The notes under the pieces: generated by a model
What the model saw: only the letters and a program-made list of their open reading frames with translations
Database searches by the model: none
Told to the model about the DNA's origin: nothing
Shown here: positions 1 through 9,933 of the stretch, piece by piece
Position numbering within the stretch: the first letter of the stretch is position 1
How the letters are laid out: each line of letters opens with the position of its first letter
Position numbers and translations under genes: made by a program
NCBI GenBank assembly: GCA_965215005.1
Contig: CBDCCZ010000042.1
Coordinates: forward strand, 128,001-192,000
Reading direction: 5' to 3'
Source of the DNA: Kofleriaceae bacterium
GTDB taxonomy: Bacteria; Myxococcota_A; Polyangia; Haliangiales; Haliangiaceae
DNA length: 64,000 nt

Positions 1-89
1 TCGCCATACGCCCCGCGCAGGCGCCACAGCCGTGACAACCTGGCGCGCTTAGCGGCAACAGCCGGCGACCCCGCGACCGCGCCCACGCG

Positions 90-105
90 CGGCATCGAGC
101 TTGCT
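90..105 (+). promoter_or_regulatory. Putative sigma-54 (-24/-12) promoter of mscS
   Basis: CGGCATCGAGCTTGCT = GG-N10-GC with TTGC; ends 13 nt before ATG 119. Confidence 0.5.
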
Positions 106-118
106 GACGTAGCGCGTC

Positions 119-1399
119 ATGCAGTTTCTTGGCGCCTTCTCCGATTGGCTCACGCGCTCGGTCAGTGCCCTCAGCACCGCCGAGCTAGCGGTGCTGGTGG
201 CAACTGTGGTCACCTGCGCGCTGCTGATCGCGGGACTGCGACGCTACGTTCCGCGATTGACCAACCGCGCTCTCGGCAGGCTCGACAGGTTGGTCCCCGC
301 CGATCTCTCCGGCTGCAGCAAACTCTTGGTGAGAGTGGTGTTTTGGCTGCTGACCGCGGTGGTGGTGGCGACGGCGGGGCTCATCGTCGCCACCCTTCTG
401 GCGGTCGACACAAGTGGCGTCCTAATGATGCTTCGCGGGTGGGGAGCGAGGGTGTGGACGTGGCTCATCACGCGCGCTCTGCGCATCGCGCTACTCATCG
501 CGCTCACGGTGGTCGCGCTGCGGATCATCCGCGGGCAGCTGCCCAACGTTGTTGGCGGATATCTCACCCACCGCTCTCGTCATAAAGACAAAGTCAGCGC
601 CGAAGCCGAGAAGCGCCGCGCAACCCTCTCGGAAGTCGCGGTAACCGTCGCGAGCTGGACCGTCACTAGCGTGGCGATCATCGTCGGCCTGTCCGAGCTC
701 GGCATGGACATCGGACCAATTCTCGCGGGCGCCGGCGTTCTTGGTCTCGCGGTCGGCTTCGGAGCGCAGAACCTGGTGCGCGACTTCTTCGCCGGAGTCT
801 TCATTCTGCTGGAAGACCAGTATCGCATCGGCGACATCGTCGAGGTCGCCGGCAAAGCTGGCATCGTGGAGGAGATGAACCTGCGGCGCACCGTGCTGCG
901 CGACCTCGACAACATCGCGCATCACGTTCCCAACGGCGAAATCAAGATCGCCAGCAACTTCACCAAGAACGTTTCGCGTGTCCACTTCAACATCGAGGTG
1001 GCCTACAAAGAAGACCTCGATCGCTGCATCGAGGTGATCAATCGCGTCGGTCAGCAGATGTTCGACGACCGCTTCGGCGACGGCGCCATGCTGCAACCGA
1101 TCCAAGTGCTCCGCGTCGATGGGTTCAATGACAGTGGCGTGGCGATCAAGGTGCTCGGCGACACGCAGCCCTCCCGGCAGTGGGGCGTGGCAGGCGAGTT
1201 TCGACGTCGGCTCAAGCGCGCGTTCGATGAGCACGGGATCGAGATTCCGTTTCCACATCGCACCTTGTACTGGGGCGTTGGCGAGCAGCCTGCCGTTTCG
1301 ATCCGTTCCGACAGCATGCGCCGCAATGGGCATTCGCAACCCGCTTTGGCCTCGCCCAAACACCGAGCCGACGACGACGAAGAGGCTCGTGATGCATAG
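119..1399 (+). CDS. mscS: Small-conductance mechanosensitive channel (MscS/YbiO family)
   Basis: N-terminal TM helices; GPILAGAGVLGLAVGFGAQNLVRD, EDQYRIGDIVEVAG, VPNG, GIEIPFP motifs. Confidence 0.93.
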   Translation: MQFLGAFSDWLTRSVSALSTAELAVLVATVVTCALLIAGLRRYVPRLTNRALGRLDRLVPADLSGCSKLLVRVVFWLLTAVVVATAGLIVATLLAVDTSGVLMMLRGWGARVWTWLITRALRIALLIALTVVALRIIRGQLPNVVGGYLTHRSRHKDKVSAEAEKRRATLSEVAVTVASWTVTSVAIIVGLSELGMDIGPILAGAGVLGLAVGFGAQNLVRDFFAGVFILLEDQYRIGDIVEVAGKAGIVEEMNLRRTVLRDLDNIAHHVPNGEIKIASNFTKNVSRVHFNIEVAYKEDLDRCIEVINRVGQQMFDDRFGDGAMLQPIQVLRVDGFNDSGVAIKVLGDTQPSRQWGVAGEFRRRLKRAFDEHGIEIPFPHRTLYWGVGEQPAVSIRSDSMRRNGHSQPALASPKHRADDDEEARDA

Positions 1400-1454
1400 C
1401 GGCGGGCGGCCATGGGCGCCCGCCATTCACGACGAGCGACCCGAAGGCCGCGCG

Positions 1455-2942
1455 TCAATGAAGCGCGCGGCCAAGCTCGATGGTCGGCAAGTATTCGCTG
1501 TGGCTGGGAGGCGATACGCGGGCTCCCGGTGCATCGCTGAGCGCGTCGATGAACGACTCGGCCCACTTGAACACGTCGCCGTCGAGCACTTGCTTGCGCA
1601 GTGCTCTCATGCGCTGCGCGATCTGCGACGGCGGCATCGTGAGCGCCGTGTAGTAGGCCTCGGCCGTCTCCACGACGTCATAGGGGTTGACCAGCAACGC
1701 GCTGTCCGCAAGCTCCGCCGCGGCCCCAGCGTTCTCGCTCAGCACCAATACGCCGCCCTCATCGAGCCGCGCGCAGCAGAACTCCTTGGCCACTAGATTC
1801 ATTCCGTCACAGAGCGGCGTCACCACCGCCACCTGAGCGAGCCGATAGAGCGAGCACAACTCCGCGGGCGAAACCCGATTATAAAGGTAATGAATCGGCG
1901 ACCAACGCGGCGTCGCAAAGCGGCCGGAAATCCGGCCGACCAAGCCTTCGATCTCGCTCTTGATGGCCTGATATTCAGGGACGCCCTCACGACTGGGAAC
2001 CACGAGCTGGAGCAGCACCACCTGCTCGCGCAGCTCGGGATGAGTCTCGAGCAGACACTCGAACGCCCGCAGCCGCTCGACCAATCCCTTGCTGTAATCG
2101 AGACGGTCGACGCCGAGGAGCACCTTTCGCCCGCGAAGCTCCTTGGCCAGCGTTTCAGCCCGCGCCGCCACCGACGGCTCGGCGGCGATCTCCGACCAGG
2201 AGCGGGTATCGATTCCTATCGGAAAGATTCCCACGCGGACCGAGCGCCCGCCCACCTCGATGGTGGCTTCACCATGAGCTCGCTCCACGCTAACCCCGGG
2301 AACCAGGCGTTCGACACAGTCGAGAAAGTTGCGTCGATCCCGCTGGGTCTGAAACCCGACCACGTCGTAGGCCAGAAAGGCGGTTAGAAGCTCGGCGCGC
2401 CATGGCAGCTTTAGGAAGTTGCCGAGCTGAGGAAACGGAATGTGTAGAAAGAAGCCAAGGGTTTCGCTGCGACCTCGCTTCCGCAGCTCCTCGCCCAGCA
2501 GGACTAAGTGATAATCGTGGACCCACGCAGCTTCATCGGTGCTGAGCTGCGCGTCGGTTGCGTCGGCAAATTGCCGATTGGCCTCAACGTATGCATCCCA
2601 GTAGCGCGGCTGAAAATCACAGCGATCGGGAAATCCGTGGAATAGCGGCCACAGCACCGAGTTGGCGAAGCCGCCGTAGTAGTCTTCGATGAGCCCCTGC
2701 GGCAATATCACCGGCTCGAGCCCGTATGGCTGGCCGTCGGTGCAGCTCTGCAGCGCTACTCGCAGTGCTTGCTCATCCGCCTCCACTCCGGGCCACCCCA
2801 CCCAGATCCCCCCCGCTCGCTCGAGAACCGGCCGCATGGCGGTGACGAGACCACCGGCGCTCGGTTTGGCAGTGACGTCAATATCGCTCGTACTTTCAAT
2901 AGACACGGGCAGGCGGTTCGAGACCACCACCAGTCGTTGCAT
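1455..2942 (-). CDS. otsA: Trehalose-6-phosphate synthase (GT20)
   Basis: [60 protein letters not shown]. Confidence 0.96.
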   Translation of the reverse strand: MQRLVVVSNRLPVSIESTSDIDVTAKPSAGGLVTAMRPVLERAGGIWVGWPGVEADEQALRVALQSCTDGQPYGLEPVILPQGLIEDYYGGFANSVLWPLFHGFPDRCDFQPRYWDAYVEANRQFADATDAQLSTDEAAWVHDYHLVLLGEELRKRGRSETLGFFLHIPFPQLGNFLKLPWRAELLTAFLAYDVVGFQTQRDRRNFLDCVERLVPGVSVERAHGEATIEVGGRSVRVGIFPIGIDTRSWSEIAAEPSVAARAETLAKELRGRKVLLGVDRLDYSKGLVERLRAFECLLETHPELREQVVLLQLVVPSREGVPEYQAIKSEIEGLVGRISGRFATPRWSPIHYLYNRVSPAELCSLYRLAQVAVVTPLCDGMNLVAKEFCCARLDEGGVLVLSENAGAAAELADSALLVNPYDVVETAEAYYTALTMPPSQIAQRMRALRKQVLDGDVFKWAESFIDALSDAPGARVSPPSHSEYLPTIELGRALH

Positions 2943-2976
2943 AACCTCTCCCTAATCAAGTGACGCTCGCACTTCG

Positions 2977-2992
2977 AGCAAGTGCCGTACCC
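2977..2992 (-). promoter_or_regulatory. Putative sigma-54 promoter of otsA
   Basis: Minus strand GGGTACGGCACTTGCT = GG-N10-GC, about 35 nt upstream of the start. Confidence 0.55.
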
Positions 2993-3278
2993 ATGTGAGC
3001 GTTGAATTCGGAAACGCTTTCGCTGACTTACGCAACCCCTGCTGTGTCAGTTGGACACGCCGTGCTTGGTTGCGGCGTCCGTGCTGCTCGCCGCTGCCGC
3101 TCCAGCGCCCTCTGCGTCCGGCACGACCACCCGGCCGACCGGCCGCATAATCGTGTAACTATGCTGTTTCTCAGCGGTTTCTGGCGGCTACGGAGTGCGC
3201 AGCGAGCTACGCACCGCTTGTTGATTACGCAGCGGGAGTGCAGAATCCGCTTCGCGACTCGCCAATCTGCCCACTTGA

Positions 3279-3311
3279 TATCAGCCACTTAGCGGTGGCA
3301 TGGCCACTGCA
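3279..3311 (+). promoter_or_regulatory. IHF-like site plus sigma-54 promoter of the small ORF at 3350
   Basis: TATCAGCCACTTA (WATCAR-N4-TTR) at 3279-3291, then TGGCATGGCCACTGCA at 3296-3311. Confidence 0.55.
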
Positions 3312-3349
3312 GTCCCCGGCTGGTCCGCCAACCCCAACCCACCGAGACC

Positions 3350-3538
3350 ATGCAGACGACTACCAAGATCTCCTCCACGGCTTCCTCGGCCGAACGCAAC
3401 CGCGCTGTCCGCATCCTCGCCAAGTCGATCTATCGTGAGCTCATGCAGCAGGGCTACGACGATAAATGCGTCGTCTCCTTGGCGACCGAGCTCATCAGCG
3501 AGGTCACCACCAACATGGCTACGCCGCCGCGCACCTAG
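3350..3538 (+). CDS. Small hypothetical protein (62 aa), predicted helical
   Basis: Strong GC3 codon bias; protein-like sequence RILAKSIYRELMQQGYDDKCVVSLATELISEVT; own promoter upstream. Confidence 0.75.
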   Translation: MQTTTKISSTASSAERNRAVRILAKSIYRELMQQGYDDKCVVSLATELISEVTTNMATPPRT

Positions 3539-3683
3539 CGCCTGGTTCTCCCTCTTCCGCATCACGCGGTCTCGCGGCCGCGAGCCGCGGCGTCGATAGC
3601 GCTCGGTTTTCGCCGCGCCTCATGTAGCAGCACCCGCGCTTTTTGGCTAAGGTCGCCGCGCATTCACCCAACGGAGGCTCGCA

Positions 3684-4688
3684 ATGGCGAAGGTACGGAT
3701 CGGTATCAATGGGTTTGGTCGCATCGGCCGCGGGGTTGCGCGTGCGCTCGCCGCTGAGCCAGACGCAGTGGATTTGGTCCTCATCAACGACCTCACTGAC
3801 GCGGCGACGCTCGGTCACCTGCTCAAACACGATTCCATCCATGGCGCTTACCCGGGAAGCGTCGAGGTCAAAGAGCGAGCTCTCGTCATCAACGGCGATG
3901 CGGTGGACATCAGCGCCGTCAAAGAGCCCGCGGAGATTCCGTGGGGCGACAAGGGCGTCGACATCGTTTTAGAGTGCACCGGGCGGTTCCGAGGCAAGGC
4001 CGACGCAGGCAAGCACCTCGAGTCGGCCAAGAAGGTGATCATCAGCGCGCCGGGCAAGGACGTCGACGTCACCCTCGCCTGCGGGATCAACCTCGAGGCT
4101 TACGACCCGGCAAAGCACCACGTCATCTCCAACGCTTCGTGCACCACCAACTGCTTGGCGCCGATGGCAAAGGTCCTTCACGAGAGCTTCGGCATCGACC
4201 GTGGCTTGATGACGACCATCCATTCGTATACCAACGACCAGCAGATTCTCGACCTTCCCCACTCCGACCTGCGTCGGGCTCGTGCTGCGGCGTTGTCGAT
4301 GATTCCGACCACCACCGGCGCCGCCAAGGCACTGAAAGAAGTGCTGCCGGCCATGAGCGGTAAGCTCGACGGTATGGCGATTCGCGTGCCCACGCCCAAC
4401 GTCTCGGTCGTGGATCTCACCGTTAACTTGCAGCAGGATGCCTCCATCGAGGCGGTCAATGATGCCTTCCGCAAGGCCGCCAACGGCGCGCTCAAGGGCA
4501 TTCTTGCGGTCTCCGATGAAGAGCTGGTGTCGGTTGACTTCAACGGCAACAAGCACTCGGCCACCATCGATCTGCCGCTGACAGCGAAGTTAGGCTCCAT
4601 GTTCAAGGTCATCGGGTGGTACGACAACGAAGCGGGATACTCGCAGCGATTGTTCGACCTCGCCAAGTTCATCGGCTCGAAGCTCTAG
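3684..4688 (+). CDS. gap: Glyceraldehyde-3-phosphate dehydrogenase (type I)
   Basis: GINGFGRIGR, SNASCTTNCLAP, WYDNE; SD GGAGG. Confidence 0.99.
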   Translation: MAKVRIGINGFGRIGRGVARALAAEPDAVDLVLINDLTDAATLGHLLKHDSIHGAYPGSVEVKERALVINGDAVDISAVKEPAEIPWGDKGVDIVLECTGRFRGKADAGKHLESAKKVIISAPGKDVDVTLACGINLEAYDPAKHHVISNASCTTNCLAPMAKVLHESFGIDRGLMTTIHSYTNDQQILDLPHSDLRRARAAALSMIPTTTGAAKALKEVLPAMSGKLDGMAIRVPTPNVSVVDLTVNLQQDASIEAVNDAFRKAANGALKGILAVSDEELVSVDFNGNKHSATIDLPLTAKLGSMFKVIGWYDNEAGYSQRLFDLAKFIGSKL

Positions 4689-4805
4689 CGTTTCCGAGTC
4701 GAGTAGCGAACCGCCGCGTCACCAAATCCGCGGCGTCGTACTAGTCGTACTGAACGATCACGCATCGCCGCACGCTGGCGGTGCGTGCTGCCAGGAGGCA
4801 GACGG

Positions 4806-5990
4806 ATGGCTATCAAGCACCTCGAGGATGTCGCGATCGAGGGCAAGCGCGTGTTTATGCGCGTGGACCTCAACGTTCCCCTCGCTGACGGCAAGGTGAG
4901 CGACGATGCCCGCCTGCAGGCGGTGTTGCCGTCAGTACGCCACTGCATCGATCGCGGCGCGCGACTGATTCTCGGCTCCCACCTTGGCCGCCCCAAAGGC
5001 AAACGAGTACCGGAGTTGTCGCTCGAGCCGGTGGCGGCACGCCTGGCGGAGCTGCTCGATCAGGAGGTAATGCTCACCGATGAGCCGGTTGGCGACGGTG
5101 CCCGCAAAGTGGTCGGGGACCTGCGCGAAGGGCAAGTGGTGATGCTCGAGAACCTGCGCTTCGAGCCCGGCGAAGAGACCAACGACGACCACCTCTCGCG
5201 GGCTCTGGCGGCGTACGCCGACATCTACATAAACGATGCGTTTGGCACCGCGCACCGCGCCCACGCATCGACGGTGGGAATGGTCGATCACGTGGCAGAA
5301 AAAGGCGCCGGCTTCGTGATGAGCAAAGAGATCGAAGTGCTGTCGCGGCTGCTGGGAAACGTCGACCGCCCGTACGTCGCAGTCCTCGGCGGCGCCAAGG
5401 TCTCCGATAAGATCGAGGTTCTGGAAGCGCTGCTCGAGCGCGTCGATGCCATCATCATCGGCGGCGCGATGGCCAACACCTTTCTCAGTGCGCGGGGTCA
5501 AGACGTCGGTGCTAGCAAGGTTGAAGAGGATCGCCTGGCTATCGCACGCAACTTCCTTCGCAAGGCAACCGAGAAGGGCGTGAAGGTGCACCTGCCGACC
5601 GACGTGGTGGTCGCCCGCTCGTTCGAATCGAGCAGCGGTCATCCGGTGCCCGTCACCGCCATCGGCAGCCACGACATGGCCCTCGACATCGGTCCTGAAA
5701 CCACCGCCCAGTTTGCCGACCTCATCGCCAGTGCTCGTACGGTGTTCTGGAACGGTCCGATGGGCGTGTTCGAGCGCGAGGTGTACGCCAAAGGCACGCT
5801 GGGCGTGGCCGAAGCACTGGCGGGCAACCGCCGAGCGCTCACGGTGGTCGGTGGCGGCGACAGCGCCGCGGCGGTCGCCAAGGCCGGTATCGCCGACCAG
5901 GTAACCCACGTCTCGACCGGCGGCGGTGCCTCGCTCGAGTTCATTCAGGGCATCGAGCTCCCCGGCATCGCCGCGCTCGAAGAGGCGTAG
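4806..5990 (+). CDS. pgk: Phosphoglycerate kinase
   Basis: RVDLNVP, SHLGRPKG, NDAFGTAHRAHAS, WNGPMGVFE, HVSTGGGASLE; start moved to ATG 4806 after SD AGGAGG. Confidence 0.98.
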   Translation: MAIKHLEDVAIEGKRVFMRVDLNVPLADGKVSDDARLQAVLPSVRHCIDRGARLILGSHLGRPKGKRVPELSLEPVAARLAELLDQEVMLTDEPVGDGARKVVGDLREGQVVMLENLRFEPGEETNDDHLSRALAAYADIYINDAFGTAHRAHASTVGMVDHVAEKGAGFVMSKEIEVLSRLLGNVDRPYVAVLGGAKVSDKIEVLEALLERVDAIIIGGAMANTFLSARGQDVGASKVEEDRLAIARNFLRKATEKGVKVHLPTDVVVARSFESSSGHPVPVTAIGSHDMALDIGPETTAQFADLIASARTVFWNGPMGVFEREVYAKGTLGVAEALAGNRRALTVVGGGDSAAAVAKAGIADQVTHVSTGGGASLEFIQGIELPGIAALEEA

Positions 5991-6045
5991 CGGTTCACGG
6001 CGGAGGCCTTCATGTTGATCCCAGCTGCGTGATAAAACCGCCGAT

Positions 6046-6816
6046 ATGCCCCTAACGCCCATCATCGTCGGCAACTGGAAGCTCCACAAGACCATCGCCG
6101 AAGGGCGGCGCCTAGCAGCAGCTCTAAAGGAGACCCTCGGCGAGGGTCGCGGCGTCGAGGTGGGCGTGGCGCCGGTGTTCACGGCGGTGGCAGCGGTGGC
6201 CGAGGAGCTTGCTGGCTCGTCGATCTTCGTCAGCGCCCAGAATTGCTACTGGGAAGATCGCGGCGCGTTCACGGGTGAGGTCGGACCGGCGCTGCTCGCC
6301 GACGCCGGTTGCACCTGGGTCATCGTCGGCCATAGCGAGCGACGCACCCTGTTCGGCGACACCGATGACAGCGTTGGCAAGCGGGCTCGCGCTGCCCTGG
6401 ACGCAGGGTTGTCAGTCATTGCCTGCGTCGGCGAGACCGAGCAAGAGCGCGACGATGGCCATACGATGGCGCGGGTGGATGGGCAGCTGGCGGGAGCCCT
6501 GGCGCAGGTGCGCGAGCAAGATTTGGGCAAGGTTGTCGTTGCCTATGAGCCGGTTTGGGCGATTGGCACCGGACGCACCGCCACGCCGGAGCAAGCGCAG
6601 GAGGTTCATAGCCACCTGCGCACCAACCTCCGCAGCCGCTACGGCGACGCTGGGGCCGAGGTGCGGCTGCAGTATGGCGGTTCGGTGAAACCCGGCAACG
6701 CGGAGGAGCTGCTCGCTCAGCCCGACATCGACGGCGCGCTGGTGGGCGGGGCATCTCTGGAAGCGGCTGATTTTGCCGCGATCGTCCGTGCAGCCCGGCT
6801 TGCCTCGACTCGGTAA
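6046..6816 (+). CDS. tpiA: Triosephosphate isomerase
   Basis: GNWK, GHSERR, AYEPVWAIGTG, YGGSV, DGALVGGASL. Confidence 0.99.
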   Translation: MPLTPIIVGNWKLHKTIAEGRRLAAALKETLGEGRGVEVGVAPVFTAVAAVAEELAGSSIFVSAQNCYWEDRGAFTGEVGPALLADAGCTWVIVGHSERRTLFGDTDDSVGKRARAALDAGLSVIACVGETEQERDDGHTMARVDGQLAGALAQVREQDLGKVVVAYEPVWAIGTGRTATPEQAQEVHSHLRTNLRSRYGDAGAEVRLQYGGSVKPGNAEELLAQPDIDGALVGGASLEAADFAAIVRAARLASTR

Positions 6817-6837
6817 ATCGGCTAGAACCCGCCATCT

Positions 6838-7620
6838 ATGTCGACGCTGGTCACCATCCTCCACGTCATCGTGTGCCTGTTTCTCATGCTCACGGTGCTG
6901 TTGCAGTCCGGCAAGGGCGGCGGGATGGGAGCCGCGCTGGGTGGCGGCGCCGGTACGCAAACGGTATTCGGTGGCGCGGGCGGCGGAGGATTTCTCCGCA
7001 CGCTCACAGCCGGCGCTGCTGCGACCTTCATGATCACGTCGATGACGCTGGCGTGGCTGGCGTCCAACAGCGGCGCCGACGCTCTCAAGCGCTATAGCGC
7101 CCAGCAGCGGCACGCGGCACAGCTCAAGGAGCAGGCGGCGCAAGAGGCACTGACGCCCAGCGACGACGCCGACGCCGTTCCCGCGGAGAATGAGCCGGTC
7201 GAGCCTGCCGCGAACGAGGGCGGCGCGGAGCAATCGGTGGAATCCGAAGCCGACGAGGGCGGTGCGATGCCTAGCATGACCGGCGAAGAGGCCTCGGCGG
7301 AGGACGATCCCGCCGCTGCGCCAGCCGCCGCTCCCGCCACGACGCCGAACGCTCCTGCTGCAGTTCCGAAAGCACCGGCCGCCACGCCCAACGCTCCTGC
7401 TGCAGCTCCGAAGGCACCGGCCGCCACGCCGAACGCCCCTGCTGCGACTCCGAAGGCTCCTGCCGCCACGCCGAGCGCTCCTGCGACGGCTCCACAGGCA
7501 CCCGCCGCCACGCCAAGGCCGCCAGCCGCGGCGCCTAAGGCACCCGCCGCCACGCCCAACCCGACCGTCCCGGCTCCCAATGCGCCGGTCGAGCCGGCGC
7601 CGCAGGCGCCAGCCCCGTAA
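6838..7620 (+). CDS. secG: Preprotein translocase subunit SecG with long acidic and Pro/Ala-rich C-terminal extension
   Basis: Two TMs flanking VLLQSGKGGGMGAALGGG...TVFG; conserved position after tpiA. Confidence 0.92.
   Translation: MSTLVTILHVIVCLFLMLTVLLQSGKGGGMGAALGGGAGTQTVFGGAGGGGFLRTLTAGAAATFMITSMTLAWLASNSGADALKRYSAQQRHAAQLKEQAAQEALTPSDDADAVPAENEPVEPAANEGGAEQSVESEADEGGAMPSMTGEEASAEDDPAAAPAAAPATTPNAPAAVPKAPAATPNAPAAAPKAPAATPNAPAATPKAPAATPSAPATAPQAPAATPRPPAAAPKAPAATPNPTVPAPNAPVEPAPQAPAP
7330..7560 (+). repeat. Coding tandem repeat, 11 x 21 bp (APAATP[N/K]-like heptapeptide) in the SecG tail
   Basis: APATTPN APAAVPK APAATPN APAAAPK APAATPN APAATPK APAATPS APATAPQ APAATPR PPAAAPK APAATPN. 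Confidence 0.9.
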
Positions 7621-7634
7621 CGAAAGCCAGTCGG

Positions 7635-8561
7635 TTGCGCTTCAGCAAGTACCACGGCCTGGGAAACGACTTCCTCATCGTCGATCTGCGACACGAGCGG
7701 CCCCCAGGCCCCTCGCCCGAGCAGCCGGCAATCGCGCAAGCTCTGTGCGACCGTCGCTTCGGCGTCGGGGGCGACGGCGTGCTCGCGCTTTTACCACCCG
7801 AGTCGCCCGCGGCGGATGCCCGCATGCGGGTTCTCAATGCCGACGGCGGCGAAGCGGAAATGTGCGGCAACGGACTGCGGTGCGTCGTCAAGTACCTCTA
7901 CGAGCGCGACCCCAAGCTGCGCCGACCTTCGCTCCTCATCGAGACCGGCGCTGGTTCCTTGGCGTGCGACGTAGATCTCGAATCGGGCCAGGGCGATCGC
8001 ATCAACACCGTCACCGTCGACATGGGGCGTCCCCGGCTCCTCCGCGGCGAGATTCCGATGACCGGGCCGGCAGAGGAGCGCGCTGTCGAGGTTCCCCTCC
8101 TCGTCGAAGATCGCGAGCTTGCAATCACGGCGGTGTCGATGGGCAACCCGCACGCGATAGCCTTCGTCGAAGAGAGCGGCGCGCAGCTCCGCGCGCTCGC
8201 CGAGCGCCTCGGCCCTCACGTCGAGACCCATCCGTGGTTCCCGCGCCGGACCAACGTCGAGCTGGTTCGCCAGCATGGTGAGCGTGACCTCGAGCTCGTC
8301 GTCTGGGAGCGCGGCTGCGGCATTACCCTAGCCTGTGGAACCGGCGCTTGCGCTACCGCGGTGGCTGCATGCCTCACAGGCCGCGCCGCAGTCGGCGCTG
8401 AGCTGCGCGTCCGTCTGCTCGGCGGCGAATTGGCCATCACCGTTGCCCCAAACTATCGCACCGTCTTCATGCGCGGCGCGGCCACTCACGTCTTTGATGC
8501 CGAGATCGATCTCAGCGCTCTCGCGGCTCGTACGCCTGCAGACGCAGGCCGCGGCGTCTAG
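7635..8561 (+). CDS. dapF: Diaminopimelate epimerase
   Basis: KYHGLGNDF, NADGGEAEMCGNGLRC, SMGNPH, WERGCGITLACGTGACA; TTG start. Confidence 0.97.
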   Translation: MRFSKYHGLGNDFLIVDLRHERPPGPSPEQPAIAQALCDRRFGVGGDGVLALLPPESPAADARMRVLNADGGEAEMCGNGLRCVVKYLYERDPKLRRPSLLIETGAGSLACDVDLESGQGDRINTVTVDMGRPRLLRGEIPMTGPAEERAVEVPLLVEDRELAITAVSMGNPHAIAFVEESGAQLRALAERLGPHVETHPWFPRRTNVELVRQHGERDLELVVWERGCGITLACGTGACATAVAACLTGRAAVGAELRVRLLGGELAITVAPNYRTVFMRGAATHVFDAEIDLSALAARTPADAGRGV

Positions 8562-8852
8562 AGCGCGGCAATCCGCGGGGCGCCTTTGCGCTCATCACCG
8601 ATCCGCTCCGCTCATTCCGGCCATCACGGCTGCGAGCGCAGCGGCAGGATAGGCGCACGCAGGCCGGCGCGCCACTGCCTCACGCGGTGTGCTCGTTCTT
8701 CGCAGTGCACGTCGTGAGGCGCGATACGCACCAGTCGATGCGGGAGACACCGAAGGTCCTCGAGCAGGGGCCTGCGCGACCGCGCTTCCCAGGCCCCCGT
8801 TCCGGCGCGGCCAACGAGCGCATCGCGGCTCCCATGGCAGCGTGCCAGCGGC

Positions 8853-9929
8853 TCAAAATAGACTGCCCTGGGCGCCGCCGGTGGGGGTGATTTTGCCCGT
8901 AGGCTTGGGGGCACCGAGGTGCTCAAAGGCGCGCTGGGTAGCGACGCGGCCACGCGGCGTGCGGGTGATGAAGCCCGCCTGCAGAAGGAACGGCTCGACC
9001 ACGTCCTCCAGGGTGCCGCGCTCTTCACTGAGCGATGCGGCGATGGCGTCGATCCCCACTGGACCGCCGTCGAAGCGCTCGACCACGACCAGCAGGTAGG
9101 CGCGATCGAGCGCGTCCAGCCCCTCGTGATCCACGGCCAAGCGGTCGAGCGAAGAGGCTGCGAGCGCTCCATCGATGGTGCCATCGCCCTCGACGGCAGC
9201 GAAGTCGCGGACGCGGCGGAGTAGACGATTGGCAATACGCGGCGTGCCGCGAGCGCGGCGGGCGATCTCATAGGCGCCGTCATCGTCGATGTCGATGTCG
9301 ATGAGCCCCGCCGAGCGACGAACGATCGACACCATGTCGTCGAGCTCGTAGTAGCGCAGCTGCCAGTGAAACCCAAAGCGATCCAACAGCGGCGAGCTGA
9401 GCAGGCCCATCCGCGTGGTGGCTCCAAGCAACGTAAAACGCGGCAGCTGCATGGTGACCGCCTTGGCGTGCGGGCCATCGCCGATGAACAGGTCGAACTT
9501 GTAGTCCTCCATCGCCGGATAGAGGTTTTCCTCGACCACCGGACTAAGGCGGTGGATCTCGTCGATGAACAAAACGTCGCGCTCGCCGAGCGACGTGAGC
9601 AGGCTGGCGAGCATGCCCTTGTGGTCGATGGCCGGCCCTGAGGTGACGTGCAGGTGGACGCCGAGCTCGTTGGCGATTACATGGGCCAAGGTGGTCTTGC
9701 CGAGGCCGGGAGGACCCGCAAATAGAAAGTGGTCCAGCGACCAGCCGCCCTGCGTCGCAGCGGCGACCGACACCCGCAGGTTGTTGATGAGATCGCGCTG
9801 GCCGACGTAGTCGTCGAAGCGTTCTGGGCGAAGTGCTGCCTGATACGCGCGCTCAGACCGCCGCTCGACCGGCTCGACTTCACTCTCGGGACGCGCGGCG
9901 GCGGTATCTTCGTGCTTTTGACGTCCCAT
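8853..9929 (-). CDS. ruvB: Holliday junction branch migration helicase RuvB
   Basis: LRP, GPPGLGKTTLA, LFIDEIHRL, GATTR, RGTPRIANRLL, RTPRGR. Confidence 0.99.
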   Translation of the reverse strand: MGRQKHEDTAAARPESEVEPVERRSERAYQAALRPERFDDYVGQRDLINNLRVSVAAATQGGWSLDHFLFAGPPGLGKTTLAHVIANELGVHLHVTSGPAIDHKGMLASLLTSLGERDVLFIDEIHRLSPVVEENLYPAMEDYKFDLFIGDGPHAKAVTMQLPRFTLLGATTRMGLLSSPLLDRFGFHWQLRYYELDDMVSIVRRSAGLIDIDIDDDGAYEIARRARGTPRIANRLLRRVRDFAAVEGDGTIDGALAASSLDRLAVDHEGLDALDRAYLLVVVERFDGGPVGIDAIAASLSEERGTLEDVVEPFLLQAGFITRTPRGRVATQRAFEHLGAPKPTGKITPTGGAQGSLF

Positions 9930-9933
9930 GCAG

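Noticed and set aside
7621..7634. tRNA-Leu often found after secG
   Set aside because: Only 14 bp separate secG from dapF; no tRNA fits
8562..8852. Small ORFs between dapF and ruvB
   Set aside because: No motifs, SD or convincing codon bias; treated as convergent intergenic DNA
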